Of a DNA stretch of 64,000 bases, positions 19,949 to 29,802 are shown piece by piece (the first letter of the stretch is position 1; every line of letters begins with the position of its first letter). The notes beneath the pieces are model-generated. The model made no database searches. It had not been told where the DNA came from and was given only the letters and a program-made list of their open reading frames with translations. The DNA lies in NCBI GenBank assembly GCA_946529105.1, contig CAMMYY010000018.1, positions 7,896 through 71,895 on the forward strand. Direction: 5' to 3'. The position numbers were made by a program, and so were the translations under genes. The stretch is from an uncultured Bacteroidales bacterium. GTDB lineage: Bacteria > Bacteroidota > Bacteroidia > Bacteroidales > UBA932.

Positions 19949-21643
19949 ATGGCTAAACTCATCGAATGTGTTCCGAATTACAGCGAAGGCCGCAACAAGG
20001 CTGTCATTGAGGCAATTGTGGACGCCATCCGCTCCGTAGAAGGCGTCAAAGTGCTGGATATAGACCCGGGAGAAGCCACCAACCGGACGGTCGTCACCTT
20101 CGTGGGTGCGCCGGAGCCCGTCCTGGAAGCCGCATTCCGCGGCGCCGCGAAAGCCCAGGAGCTCATCGACATGCGTACCCACCATGGCGCCCATCCCAGA
20201 AGCGGCGCCACCGATGTACTGCCCCTCATTCCCGTATCGGATATCACCCTGGAAGAATGTGCCGCCCTGGCCCGCCAGCTCGCGGAAAGGCTCTATAATG
20301 AACTGGGCATCCCCTGCTACTGCTATGAGGCGGCGGCTTTCAAGCCGGAGCGCCGGAACCTTGCCGTCTGCCGGGAAGGCGAATATGAAGCCCTGCCCGA
20401 AAAAATGGCCGATCCCGACCGGAAACCGGACTTCGGCGGCGGTCTCTTTACGGAGAAGGTAGCCCGCTGCGGTGCCACCAACGTAGGTGCCCGCGGTTTT
20501 CTCGTAGCCGTCAACTTCAACCTGAACACCACCTCCACCCGCCGCGCCATGGCCGTCGCCTTCGATGTGCGGGAAAAGGGCCGCAAAGCCCGGGAAGGCG
20601 GTTCCCTCACCGGGAAGCTCCTGAAAGACGAAAACGGCAACCAGATCTGGATTCCGGGCACCCTGAAGGGATGCAAGGCCATCGGCTGGTATATTGACGA
20701 ATACGGCATCGCCCAGGTGTCCATGAACATCACGGACATTGACAAGACCCCGCTCCATGTCGCGTTTGAAGAAGTCTGCCGTGCGGCAGCAGCCCGCGGA
20801 CTCCGCGTCACCGGTGCGGAAATCGTGGGTCTGGTTCCCAAACGCGTCCTCCTGGAAGCCGGCCGATTCTATCTGGAGAAACAGCAGCGCTCGCTGGGCA
20901 TCAGCGAGGCGGAAATCGTAAAGATTGCCGTCAAATCCATGTCCCTGGACGACCTTAAACCCTTCAACCCCAAGGAAAAAGTCATCGAGTACCTGATGGA
21001 AGAGCCGGCCAGGCGCCTCATCGACCTCACCGTAGAAGGTTTCGCACGGGAAACGGCCTCGGAAAGCGCAGCGCCGGGCGGCGGGTCGGTATCGGCCACG
21101 ATGGGCGCTTTTGCGGCAGCCCTCGCCACCATGGTCGCCAACCTGTCCTCCCACAAAAGAGGCTGGGACAGCCGCTGGAAAGAATTCTCCGACGTCGCCG
21201 TCCAAGGCCAGGCCCGCCTGAACAGCCTGCTCCGCCTGATTGACGAAGACACCGCCGCCTTCAACCGGATCATGGATGTGTTCTCCATGCCCAAGGGAAC
21301 TCCGGAAGAAAAAGAAGCCCGGGAAAAAGCATTGGAAGAAGCTACCCTGTACGCCGCGCGTGTTCCGCTCATGACCATGGAGGAAGCCCTGAAAACCCTT
21401 CCCCTGGCCCTTGCCATGGCCCGCGAAGGCAATCCCGCCAGTGCCTCTGACGCCGGCGTAGCCGCCCTGGCCGCATTGGCCGGTATCCGCGGCGCCCGCC
21501 TGAACGTCCGCATCAACGCCGCCTCCCTGAAGGACAAGACTCCCGCCCAGCCGCTCCTGGAAAGGGCCGATGAAATTGTCGCCGAGGCGGAAAAACTGCA
21601 GGCCGACATCCTGGAAGCCGTCGAAAAACACATTGAATTATAG
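19949..21643 (+). CDS. ftcD: Bifunctional glutamate formimidoyltransferase / cyclodeaminase
   Basis: ECVPNYSEGR, HPRSGATDV, AQVSMN; C-terminal APGGGSVSA, GNPASASDA. Confidence 0.93.
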   Translation: MAKLIECVPNYSEGRNKAVIEAIVDAIRSVEGVKVLDIDPGEATNRTVVTFVGAPEPVLEAAFRGAAKAQELIDMRTHHGAHPRSGATDVLPLIPVSDITLEECAALARQLAERLYNELGIPCYCYEAAAFKPERRNLAVCREGEYEALPEKMADPDRKPDFGGGLFTEKVARCGATNVGARGFLVAVNFNLNTTSTRRAMAVAFDVREKGRKAREGGSLTGKLLKDENGNQIWIPGTLKGCKAIGWYIDEYGIAQVSMNITDIDKTPLHVAFEEVCRAAAARGLRVTGAEIVGLVPKRVLLEAGRFYLEKQQRSLGISEAEIVKIAVKSMSLDDLKPFNPKEKVIEYLMEEPARRLIDLTVEGFARETASESAAPGGGSVSATMGAFAAALATMVANLSSHKRGWDSRWKEFSDVAVQGQARLNSLLRLIDEDTAAFNRIMDVFSMPKGTPEEKEAREKALEEATLYAARVPLMTMEEALKTLPLALAMAREGNPASASDAGVAALAALAGIRGARLNVRINAASLKDKTPAQPLLERADEIVAEAEKLQADILEAVEKHIEL

Positions 21644-21685
21644 ATTCTTCACTATTATAGATTCTTCACTTCGTTCAGAATGACA
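21637..21685. repeat. 17-bp tandem duplication plus REP-like half element overlapping the hutU start
   Basis: attatagattcttcact x2 (21637-21653, 21654-21670); agattcttcacttcgttcagaatgaca (21659-21685) matches 30131-30157 at 26/27. Confidence 0.8.
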
Positions 21686-23692
21686 CAGTTTCAAGAAGAG
21701 ATATTGGCAGGCATTCCCGCGCAACTGCCGGAAGCCAAACCCTATGACCAAAAGATCAACCACGCTCCGCGCCGCAAGGATATCCTGACGCCCGGGCAGA
21801 AAGTACTGGCCCTGAAAAACGCCCTCCGCTACTTCCCGAAGGAACTCCATGCCGCCCTGGCACCGGAATTCGCCCGGGAACTCAAGACCTACGGCCGCAT
21901 TTACATGTACCGTTACAGGCCTTCCTATAAGATTTATGCGCGGCCCATCGACGAGTATCCCGCCAAGTGCCGCCAGGCTGCTGCCATCATGGCCATGATC
22001 CAGAACAACCTGGACGAAAGAGTGGCCCAGCATCCGCACGAGCTCATCATCTACGGCGGCAACGGTGCCATTTTCCAGAACTGGGCCCAGTACCGCCTCA
22101 CCATGCAGTACCTGGCCACCATGACCGACGAGCAGACTCTTGTCATGTACTCCGGTCATCCGCTGGGCCTGTTCCCCAGCCATAAGGACGCTCCGCGCGT
22201 GGTAGTCACCAACGGCATGGTCATTCCCAACTACTCCAAGCCCGACGACTGGGAGCGCCTCAACGCCCTGGGCGTGAGCCAGTACGGACAGATGACCGCC
22301 GGCAGCTATATGTACATCGGCCCGCAGGGTATCGTGCACGGCACCACCATCACGGTGATGAATGCGGCAAGGAAAGTGAAAGCCCACGCGCACGGCCAGG
22401 ATGACAGGGCGCTGCTCTTTGTCACCGCCGGACTCGGCGGAATGTCGGGCGCCCAGCCCAAGGCCGGTAACATCGCCGGCGTGGTGAGCGTTACCGCGGA
22501 AATCAACCCGCTCGCCGCCCGGAAGCGCTACGAGCAGGGCTGGGTGGACGAACTTCACGAAAACCTGGACGAGCTGATCCCCCGCATCCGCAAGGCCGTC
22601 GCCGCCAAAGAAATCGTCTCCCTGGCGTACGTCGGCAATGTCGTAGACCTCTGGGAACGTCTGGCCGACGAGGACATCCACGTCGACCTGGGCAGCGACC
22701 AGACCTCCCTCCACAACCCCTGGGCCGGCGGCTATTATCCCGTTGGCCTCTCCCTGAAAGACGCACAGTACATGATGGCCCAGGATCCCGATGCCTTCCG
22801 CGCCGCCGTGCAGGAATCGCTCCGCAGGCAGGTGGCCGCCATCAACCGGCTCAGCGAAAAGGGCATGTATTTCTTCGACTACGGCAACGCCTTCCTCCTG
22901 GAAAGCTCCCGCGCCGGGGCCGATGTCCTCAAACCCGACGGTTCCTTCCGCTATCCCTCCTACGTGCAGGACATCATGGGTCCGCTGTACTTCGACTACG
23001 GGTTCGGCCCGTTCCGCTGGGTGTGCATGAGCGAAAAGCCGGAAGACCTTGCCAAGACCGACGAGCTGGCCGTCCGGGTGCTCTCGGAAATCGCCGCCCG
23101 TTCGCCGGAAGAGATTGCCGGACAGATGCAGGACAACATCCACTGGATCCAGGAAGCCGGCCGAAACCACCTTGTCGTCGGCTCCCAGGCCCGCATCCTG
23201 TACGCCGACTGCGAAGGCCGTACACGCATCGCCCTCGCCTTTAACGAAGCCATCCGGAAAGGCGAGATATCGGCCCCCATCGTCCTGGGACGCGACCATC
23301 ATGACGTCTCCGGCACCGACTCTCCCTTCCGCGAAACCTCCAATATCTACGACGGCAGCCAGTTCTGTGCCGACATGGCCGTGCAGAATGTCATCGGCGA
23401 CGGCTTCCGCGGCGCCACCTGGGTATCCATCCACAATGGCGGCGGCGTAGGCTGGGGCGAGGTCATCAACGGCGGATTCGGCATGGTCATCGACGGTTCC
23501 GAGGACAGCGAACGCCACATCCGCGAGATGCTCTTCTGGGATGTCAACAACGGCATCGCCCGCCGCAGCTGGGCCCGCAACAGCGCCGCCCGCTTTGCCA
23601 TCGAACGCGAAATGGCCCGCACACCCCAGCTTCACGTCACCCTCCCCTACGAAGCCGACGAAAACCTGATCCTGAATAACCTGAACATCTGA
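21680..23692 (+). CDS. hutU: Urocanate hydratase
   Basis: GQMTAGSYMYIGPQGIVHGT, GLGGMSGAQP, SDQTSLHN, GRDHHD, HNGGGVG. Confidence 0.97.
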   Translation: MTQFQEEILAGIPAQLPEAKPYDQKINHAPRRKDILTPGQKVLALKNALRYFPKELHAALAPEFARELKTYGRIYMYRYRPSYKIYARPIDEYPAKCRQAAAIMAMIQNNLDERVAQHPHELIIYGGNGAIFQNWAQYRLTMQYLATMTDEQTLVMYSGHPLGLFPSHKDAPRVVVTNGMVIPNYSKPDDWERLNALGVSQYGQMTAGSYMYIGPQGIVHGTTITVMNAARKVKAHAHGQDDRALLFVTAGLGGMSGAQPKAGNIAGVVSVTAEINPLAARKRYEQGWVDELHENLDELIPRIRKAVAAKEIVSLAYVGNVVDLWERLADEDIHVDLGSDQTSLHNPWAGGYYPVGLSLKDAQYMMAQDPDAFRAAVQESLRRQVAAINRLSEKGMYFFDYGNAFLLESSRAGADVLKPDGSFRYPSYVQDIMGPLYFDYGFGPFRWVCMSEKPEDLAKTDELAVRVLSEIAARSPEEIAGQMQDNIHWIQEAGRNHLVVGSQARILYADCEGRTRIALAFNEAIRKGEISAPIVLGRDHHDVSGTDSPFRETSNIYDGSQFCADMAVQNVIGDGFRGATWVSIHNGGGVGWGEVINGGFGMVIDGSEDSERHIREMLFWDVNNGIARRSWARNSAARFAIEREMARTPQLHVTLPYEADENLILNNLNI

Positions 23693-23693
23693 T

Positions 23694-25178
23694 ATGCACG
23701 AAATTTCACATGCCCATCTGTCCCTGGAGCAAGTCAAGCAGATCCTGGACAATCATGAAAAACTGGTCCTTTCCCGGGAAGCGGTAGACGCCATCGTCAA
23801 ATGCCGCGCTTACCTGGACAAGAAGATGGATGATATCGGCCGTCCCGTCTACGGTGTCACCACGGGATTCGGCTCCCTTTATAATGTTACAATTCCTAAA
23901 GAAGACCTGAGCCAGCTGCAGCACAACCTGGTCATGTCACACGCCTGCGGTGCGGGAGAAACCGTCCGTCCCGCCATCGTGAAAATCATGCTCCTGCTGA
24001 AGGCCCAGTCCCTTTCCTATGGCCATTCCGGTGCCCAGCTCATTACCGTGCAGCGCCTCGTGGACATGTTCAACGACGACATCCTTCCGGTCGTTTACCA
24101 GCAGGGCTCCCTCGGCGCATCCGGTGACCTGGCCCCCCTGGCCCACCTGAGCCTGCCGCTGATCGGCATGGGAGAAGTCCTGTACAAAGGGCAGGTCCGT
24201 CCGGCGGCCGAAGTCTGGAAAGAAAAAGGTTGGGAGCCCATCCGTCTCCAGTCCAAAGAAGGCCTCGCCCTGCTGAACGGGACGCAGTTCATGAGCGCCC
24301 ACGCGATTTGGAGCATCCTCAAGAGCATCCGTCTCAGCCGCTGGGCCGACCTTATCGGCGCCATGTCCCTGGACGCCTATGACGGCCGTATTGAACCTTT
24401 CCTGCCCCTAACCCATCATCTGCGTCCCCACAAAGGCCAGATTCTGACGGGAGAAAAATTCATGGAAATCCTCGAAGGGAGCGAACTCATCGCCCGGCAC
24501 AAGGAGCATGTGCAGGACCCTTACAGTTTCCGCTGCATTCCGCAGGTCCACGGGGCCGTGAAGGATAACATCCTTTATGTGAAATCCGTCATCGAGAACG
24601 AGATCAATTCCGCCACCGACAATCCCAACATCTTCCCGGACGAGGACATGGTCATATCGGCCGGCAACTTCCACGGAGAGCCCATCGCCATCCCCATGGA
24701 TTCCCTGGCCATCGCCATGAGCGAACTGGCAAGTATCTCGGAACGGCGCACTTACCAGCTCATCCACGGACTGCGCGGGCTTCCGAAATACCTGGTCGCC
24801 GAGCCCGGCCTGAACAGCGGCTTCATGATTCCGCAGTACACCGCCGCATCCATCGTTTCGCAGAACAAAGGCCTCTGCTGGCCCGCCTCCTGCGACTCGA
24901 TTCCTTCCTCGCAAGGCCAGGAGGACCACGTCTCCATGGGCTCCAACGCCGCCACCAAACTGGTCCGGATCGTGGACAACGTAGAAACGGTGCTGGCCAT
25001 CGAACTGTTCAACGCCGCCCAAGCGCTCGAATTCCGCCGGCCGCTGAAGTCTTCCCCCAAACTGGAGTCCATCTTTGCCGATTACCGCAGGCAAGTTCCT
25101 TTCGTTGACCAGGATACCTACATGCATCCGCTCATCGAGAAGTCCGTCCAGTTCCTCAAGAACGAACAATACCTATGA
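23694..25178 (+). CDS. hutH: Histidine ammonia-lyase
   Basis: VYGVTTGFG, MIO motif GSLGASGDLAPL, QDPYSFRCIPQVHG, GNFHG, QEDHVSM. Confidence 0.97.
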   Translation: MHEISHAHLSLEQVKQILDNHEKLVLSREAVDAIVKCRAYLDKKMDDIGRPVYGVTTGFGSLYNVTIPKEDLSQLQHNLVMSHACGAGETVRPAIVKIMLLLKAQSLSYGHSGAQLITVQRLVDMFNDDILPVVYQQGSLGASGDLAPLAHLSLPLIGMGEVLYKGQVRPAAEVWKEKGWEPIRLQSKEGLALLNGTQFMSAHAIWSILKSIRLSRWADLIGAMSLDAYDGRIEPFLPLTHHLRPHKGQILTGEKFMEILEGSELIARHKEHVQDPYSFRCIPQVHGAVKDNILYVKSVIENEINSATDNPNIFPDEDMVISAGNFHGEPIAIPMDSLAIAMSELASISERRTYQLIHGLRGLPKYLVAEPGLNSGFMIPQYTAASIVSQNKGLCWPASCDSIPSSQGQEDHVSMGSNAATKLVRIVDNVETVLAIELFNAAQALEFRRPLKSSPKLESIFADYRRQVPFVDQDTYMHPLIEKSVQFLKNEQYL

Positions 25179-26362
25179 TTATCAAGAACATAGGTCTTCT
25201 CGTCGGCATCCTTGAAGACGGCGTCCTCCGCAAGGAAGGCGCCGCCCAGGGACAGACGGGCACCTTGGAAGACGCCTGGCTCCGGATCGAGGACGGCCGC
25301 ATCGCCGCCTTCGGCCCCATGGCCACCTGTCCCGAAGGGGAATCGCTGGACGCCTGCGGCGGCATGCTCATGCCCGGATTCTGCGACAGTCATACGCACG
25401 TGGTGTATGCGGGCAGCCGGGACGGAGAGTTCCTGGACAAAATCAACGGACTTTCCTATGAGGAAATCGCAGCCCGCGGCGGCGGCATCCTCAACTCCTC
25501 GGACCTGCTGCACCGCACTTCGGAAGACCAGCTGTACTCCCAGTCCCTTTTCCGCGTGCAGGAAATGATGGATAAAGGCACCGTAGCCCTGGAAATCAAA
25601 AGCGGCTACGGCCTCAACCCCGAGGACGAGCTCAAGATGCTCCGGGTCATCCGCCGCATTGCCGGCAATGTCCCCGCCACCGTCCGCTGCACTTTTCTGG
25701 GAGCCCATGCCATCGGCCGGGGCTATACGCACGAGGCTTATGTAGACGAGGTGATCGGCATGCTGCCACAGGCTGCGGAATATGCGCAGTTTGTGGACGT
25801 CTTCTGCGACGAAGGGTTTTTCACGGTGGAAGACACAGACCGGATCCTTTCGGCCGCCAAGGGGCTCATGAGACCCAAAATCCACGCCAACGAGCTGGCC
25901 GTAAGCGGCGGCGTCCAAGTGGGCGTCAGGCACGGAGCCCTGTCGGTGGATCATCTGGAGCGCACTGGTGACGCGGAAATCGAGGCGCTGCGGGGATCGG
26001 CCACCATGCCTACCATGCTGCCGGGATCTTCCTTCTTCCTCGGACTTCCCTACGGGCGGGCCAAGGATTATCTGAAGGCGGGGCTCGGCGTGGCGCTGGC
26101 ATCGGACTACAATCCCGGTTCCTCCCCTTCCGGAGACATGCGCTTTGTCATGGCCCTCGGCTGCATCCGCATGCGCCTGACACCGGTAGAAGCCTTCAAT
26201 GCCGTCACCCTGAACAGCGCCTATGCCATGGGGCTGAGTCACGAATACGGGTCCGTCACCGTGGGCAAGCGCGCCGGCCTCATCCTCACCCAGCCCGGCT
26301 GGGACCTCACCAAGATTGCCTATCAGTATCAAACGCCTTTTATCCGCAAAGTATTCCTATGA
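25175..26362 (+). CDS. hutI: Imidazolonepropionase
   Basis: PGFCDSHTH, EIKSGYGL, DVFCDEGFF, IHANEL, ASDYNPGSSP. Confidence 0.96.
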   Translation: MIIKNIGLLVGILEDGVLRKEGAAQGQTGTLEDAWLRIEDGRIAAFGPMATCPEGESLDACGGMLMPGFCDSHTHVVYAGSRDGEFLDKINGLSYEEIAARGGGILNSSDLLHRTSEDQLYSQSLFRVQEMMDKGTVALEIKSGYGLNPEDELKMLRVIRRIAGNVPATVRCTFLGAHAIGRGYTHEAYVDEVIGMLPQAAEYAQFVDVFCDEGFFTVEDTDRILSAAKGLMRPKIHANELAVSGGVQVGVRHGALSVDHLERTGDAEIEALRGSATMPTMLPGSSFFLGLPYGRAKDYLKAGLGVALASDYNPGSSPSGDMRFVMALGCIRMRLTPVEAFNAVTLNSAYAMGLSHEYGSVTVGKRAGLILTQPGWDLTKIAYQYQTPFIRKVFL

Positions 26363-27480
26363 AACGAATTCTCCCCCTTGCCCTCCTCGCCCTCGTTCTG
26401 AGTTGTGCCCAACAACCCAAAGTAAAAACGTTCTCCATTCTGGATTGCGGCGCCGTGAATGGTGCCGAGTGTACAGAGGCCATCCAGCAAGCCATCGACA
26501 AGGCGGAACAGGCTGGCGGCGGCCAGGTCGTCATCCCCGCCGGGACATTCCTCGCCCACACCTTGTACCTGAAAGACGGTGTCGACCTGCATCTGGAGGA
26601 AGGCGCCCTGCTGCAAGGAGTTTCCGACCCGGACGAATACTTCCCCTACATCCCCACCAACGACCTGTCCCGCTTTGACAGCGGAAACGGAACGGCCAAC
26701 TCTAACTGCGTGAATGACCGTCAGTGGATGAAGGCTTTCATTATCGGTGCAGGCGTGAAGAATGCGTCCATTACCGGTCCCGGAACCATCGACGGCATCC
26801 ACGTCTTTGACGAGCGGGGCGAAGAAAGCATGCGCGGACCGCATACCATCATCGTTGCCGAGGCTGAAGGCTTCCGTATGGCCGATGTCCACATTACCCG
26901 TGCAGCCAATTACGCTTTCCTGGGTTATGCGCTCACCGACGCCGTCTTTGAAGACGTCACCATGACCGAAGGCTGGGACGGTATCCATATCCGCGGAGCC
27001 AAAAACTGCGTCATCCGCCGCTGCCGCTTCGAAACCGGCGACGACAGCATCGCCGGCGGCTACTGGGAGAATATGCTCATCGAGGACTGCGACATCAATT
27101 CCTCCTGCAACGGACTTCGCATGATCATGCCTTCCGACGGACTGGAAGTCAGAAACAGCGTTTTCCACGGCCCCGGGGTGTATCCGCACCGCACCAGCGG
27201 TGAAGCCCGCCGCACGAACATGCTCTTCGGCATTGTCCTGGAGCCCGGCGCCTGGGGGCCGGCCAGCGGTGAAGCCCGGAACATCTACCTGCACGACCTT
27301 GAGATGTACGGGATGTCCGCCGCCGTTTCCACGTCGGTCCGTGAAGGGTCCGTCGCTCAGGACCTGACCCTGGAGAACATCAATGCCAGGGAGCTCACCG
27401 GTCAAATGACCCCCGTCGTCTCCTGGAACGACCTGGGATTCCGCCAGGTCACGGTCAAGAACTGCACGTTCAGCCGATAA
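26359..27480 (+). CDS. GH28-like / pectin-lyase-fold beta-helix lipoprotein
   Basis: Lipobox VLSC; TEAIQQAID..GGGQVVIPAGTF, ITGPGTIDG, WDGIHI, TGDDSIA. Confidence 0.75.
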   Translation: MKRILPLALLALVLSCAQQPKVKTFSILDCGAVNGAECTEAIQQAIDKAEQAGGGQVVIPAGTFLAHTLYLKDGVDLHLEEGALLQGVSDPDEYFPYIPTNDLSRFDSGNGTANSNCVNDRQWMKAFIIGAGVKNASITGPGTIDGIHVFDERGEESMRGPHTIIVAEAEGFRMADVHITRAANYAFLGYALTDAVFEDVTMTEGWDGIHIRGAKNCVIRRCRFETGDDSIAGGYWENMLIEDCDINSSCNGLRMIMPSDGLEVRNSVFHGPGVYPHRTSGEARRTNMLFGIVLEPGAWGPASGEARNIYLHDLEMYGMSAAVSTSVREGSVAQDLTLENINARELTGQMTPVVSWNDLGFRQVTVKNCTFSR

Positions 27481-27484
27481 GACA

Positions 27485-27521
27485 AAAAGAAAGACCTGCT
27501 TCGGAAGCAGGTCTTTCTTTT
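27485..27521. terminator. Bidirectional intrinsic terminator
   Basis: aaaagaaagacctgctt-cgg-aagcaggtctttctttt between convergent genes. Confidence 0.9.
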
Positions 27522-28539
27522 AAATAAGCTGAGGAAGGAATGTACTGACAATCAGCACAATGATTCCGACCACCAAAACGGCGACCGTCTTCCGGGAAAC
27601 GCCTTTCCACTCCTTGAGGATGATTCCCCAGACATTGCTGAACACCACGTTCAGGCTCATCAGGATGCACCAGCTGAAGGTAATCAGGACCGGGTATTCC
27701 GTAAGGAAGCCCTTGCCCAGGCTGAGCCCGAAGAACTGGCTGTACCACAGCAGGCCGGCCAGGCAGCAGAACACCAGATTGTTGCCCCAAATGGCCTTCT
27801 TGCCGTAGTCTCCCCAGGTCTTGTTCTTCCTGTTCTGATACAGACAGTAGCAGGCATTGGTCAGGAAACCGCCGAAGGTGACGAGCATCGTGGCCGGAAG
27901 GGTCTGGAAAATGGGCTTGGTCCCTTCCAGGAACAGGTTCTGTCCAAAACTGAGGCCGATATTGAAGCAGGCGCTCATAAAACCGGCGAGAACGGCCACG
28001 AAGAGGCCTTTCCCGAAGTTGAAGTCCTTCACGGCCTTCTTCTTCTCTTCTTCCGGCAGGGCGGCCGATTTCATGGCCCCGGCAATGCCGATGATTGCGA
28101 TACCCACAAGCGTTACCACGACGCCGATGATCACGGAGGTGGTCAGGTCGGCGGCATGGCCGGTGAAGACGGGCCCCAGGATAGCACCCAGCGCCGAGCA
28201 GGTGCCCAATGCGATGCTCTGCCCCAGCGCAACGCCCAGATAACGCATGCTGAGGCCGAAGGTGAGACCTCCGACGCCCCACAGGACACCGAAGAGGATG
28301 GTGAGCCAGGTGGACTTGAGGTCGGCCTGCATGAGGGAGAGGAGGTCGGCGAAACTGCCTCCTGTGCCGCTCAGGGACAACAGGGCGCCGAAAAGCGGGA
28401 ACAGCAGCCAGGCAAACACGCCCTGCACCAGCCAGTAACTCTCCCAGCTCCAGGATTTGACCTTGTTGATGGGAACATAGCTGGAACTCTGGCAGAACGC
28501 GCCGACGGCAATGATGAGTAAACCGATAATTAAATCCAT
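27520..28539 (-). CDS. rhaT: L-rhamnose/proton symporter
   Basis: WSWESYW, LWGVGGLTFGLSMRYLGVALG, LLWYSQFF, WGIILKEW. Confidence 0.93.
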   Translation of the reverse strand: MDLIIGLLIIAVGAFCQSSSYVPINKVKSWSWESYWLVQGVFAWLLFPLFGALLSLSGTGGSFADLLSLMQADLKSTWLTILFGVLWGVGGLTFGLSMRYLGVALGQSIALGTCSALGAILGPVFTGHAADLTTSVIIGVVVTLVGIAIIGIAGAMKSAALPEEEKKKAVKDFNFGKGLFVAVLAGFMSACFNIGLSFGQNLFLEGTKPIFQTLPATMLVTFGGFLTNACYCLYQNRKNKTWGDYGKKAIWGNNLVFCCLAGLLWYSQFFGLSLGKGFLTEYPVLITFSWCILMSLNVVFSNVWGIILKEWKGVSRKTVAVLVVGIIVLIVSTFLPQLI

Positions 28540-29786
28540 CTCTTGGAAGTGACTTCTTTTTCGTACTGTTCAATGGCAGGGATGAACTCCTCGCCCACGG
28601 GAACGCCGTTCTTGTAATTGAAGTAGTCGAAAACGGCGCCGAACGGCAGGGTCTTGGCTTCTTCCAGAAGGGCCAGACGCTGGAAGCCCTGACCGTTTGC
28701 CTCATACTCGCGAAGCTTGGCCAGCGGCTCCAGAAGGGCGCTCAGGATACATTTCTGCGTGGCGCGGGTGCCGATGATGTAGGCGCCGATGCGGTTGATG
28801 CTGGCGTCGAAGTAGTCCAGGCCCACGTGGGCACGGTCGAGACCGTCGGCCCTTACCAGTTCCTTGAAGAGGTCCTGGGTCTGGTCGTTCATGATGGTCA
28901 CGTGGTCGGAGTCCCAGCGGATGGGACGGGAGACATGGAGCATCAGTTCAGGAACGTACAGCAGCAGGGAGGACACCTTGTCGGCCACATTTTCCGTGGG
29001 TTCATAGTGACCGGTGTCCAGCGTGTAGATGACCTTGCGCGTGGCGCAGTAGCCTTCATAGAAGTCCATGGACCCCACAGTGTAGCTTTCCAGGCCGATG
29101 CCGAAGAGTTTGGCCTCGACGCAGGTTTTCATGCCGGGCAGTTTTTCCGCCAGAATCTCGTCCAGTGCGGCGGCGAGGATTTCGCGGTAGTACTTGCGGT
29201 TGACCGTGAGGTCCTTGCATCCGTCATGGACCCAGATGTTCATGATACAGGGGTCTCCCTGGGCCTTGCCCATGGCGTCTGCGATGCGGCGGCAGCGCTT
29301 GGTGTGCTCGATCCAGAATTCACGGATGGCAGGGTCGGGATTTGCGAGACTGAGGTCTCCGCTCTTCGGATGGGAGAAGGAAGTGGAGTTGAAGTCCAGC
29401 TTGAAATTGTTCTCGCGGGCCCACTGAATCCAGCTCTGGAAATGCTCGGGACCTACCTGGTCACGATCCACGAATTTACCGCCGAAGTCGCCGTAAATCT
29501 CATGCAGGTTCACGCGGTGGTTGCCGGCCAGAAGGGTCTTCACGAATTCAAGGTCCCGGCGAACCTCGTCAATGTTCCGGGCGCGGCCGGGATAGTTGCC
29601 TGTGGTCTGGATGCCGCCGGAAAGAGCCTGATTGCGTTCAAAGCCGATAACATCGTCGGTCTGCCAGCAGTGGAGGGAGATCTGCTGCTTTTCCAGCTGG
29701 GCGATGGCTTTGTCTGTGTCCACACCAAGGGCGGCATAGCGCTCCCGGGCAATCTCGTAGGATTTCAGTATCTGTGCTTCTTTCAT
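28530..29786 (-). CDS. rhaA: L-rhamnose isomerase
   Basis: ISLHCWQ.DD, TGNYPGRAR, EAKLFGIG.ESYTVGS, LHVSRPIRWDSDHV, DYFDASINR; ATG at 29786. Confidence 0.95.
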   Translation of the reverse strand: MKEAQILKSYEIARERYAALGVDTDKAIAQLEKQQISLHCWQTDDVIGFERNQALSGGIQTTGNYPGRARNIDEVRRDLEFVKTLLAGNHRVNLHEIYGDFGGKFVDRDQVGPEHFQSWIQWARENNFKLDFNSTSFSHPKSGDLSLANPDPAIREFWIEHTKRCRRIADAMGKAQGDPCIMNIWVHDGCKDLTVNRKYYREILAAALDEILAEKLPGMKTCVEAKLFGIGLESYTVGSMDFYEGYCATRKVIYTLDTGHYEPTENVADKVSSLLLYVPELMLHVSRPIRWDSDHVTIMNDQTQDLFKELVRADGLDRAHVGLDYFDASINRIGAYIIGTRATQKCILSALLEPLAKLREYEANGQGFQRLALLEEAKTLPFGAVFDYFNYKNGVPVGEEFIPAIEQYEKEVTSKRWI

Positions 29787-29802
29787 ATTGTTGTTGATAA
29801 GA

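Noticed and set aside
19949-21643. Eukaryote-like bifunctional FTCD fusion
   Set aside because: Fused formimidoyltransferase-cyclodeaminase is already known in bacteria, so it is not novel.
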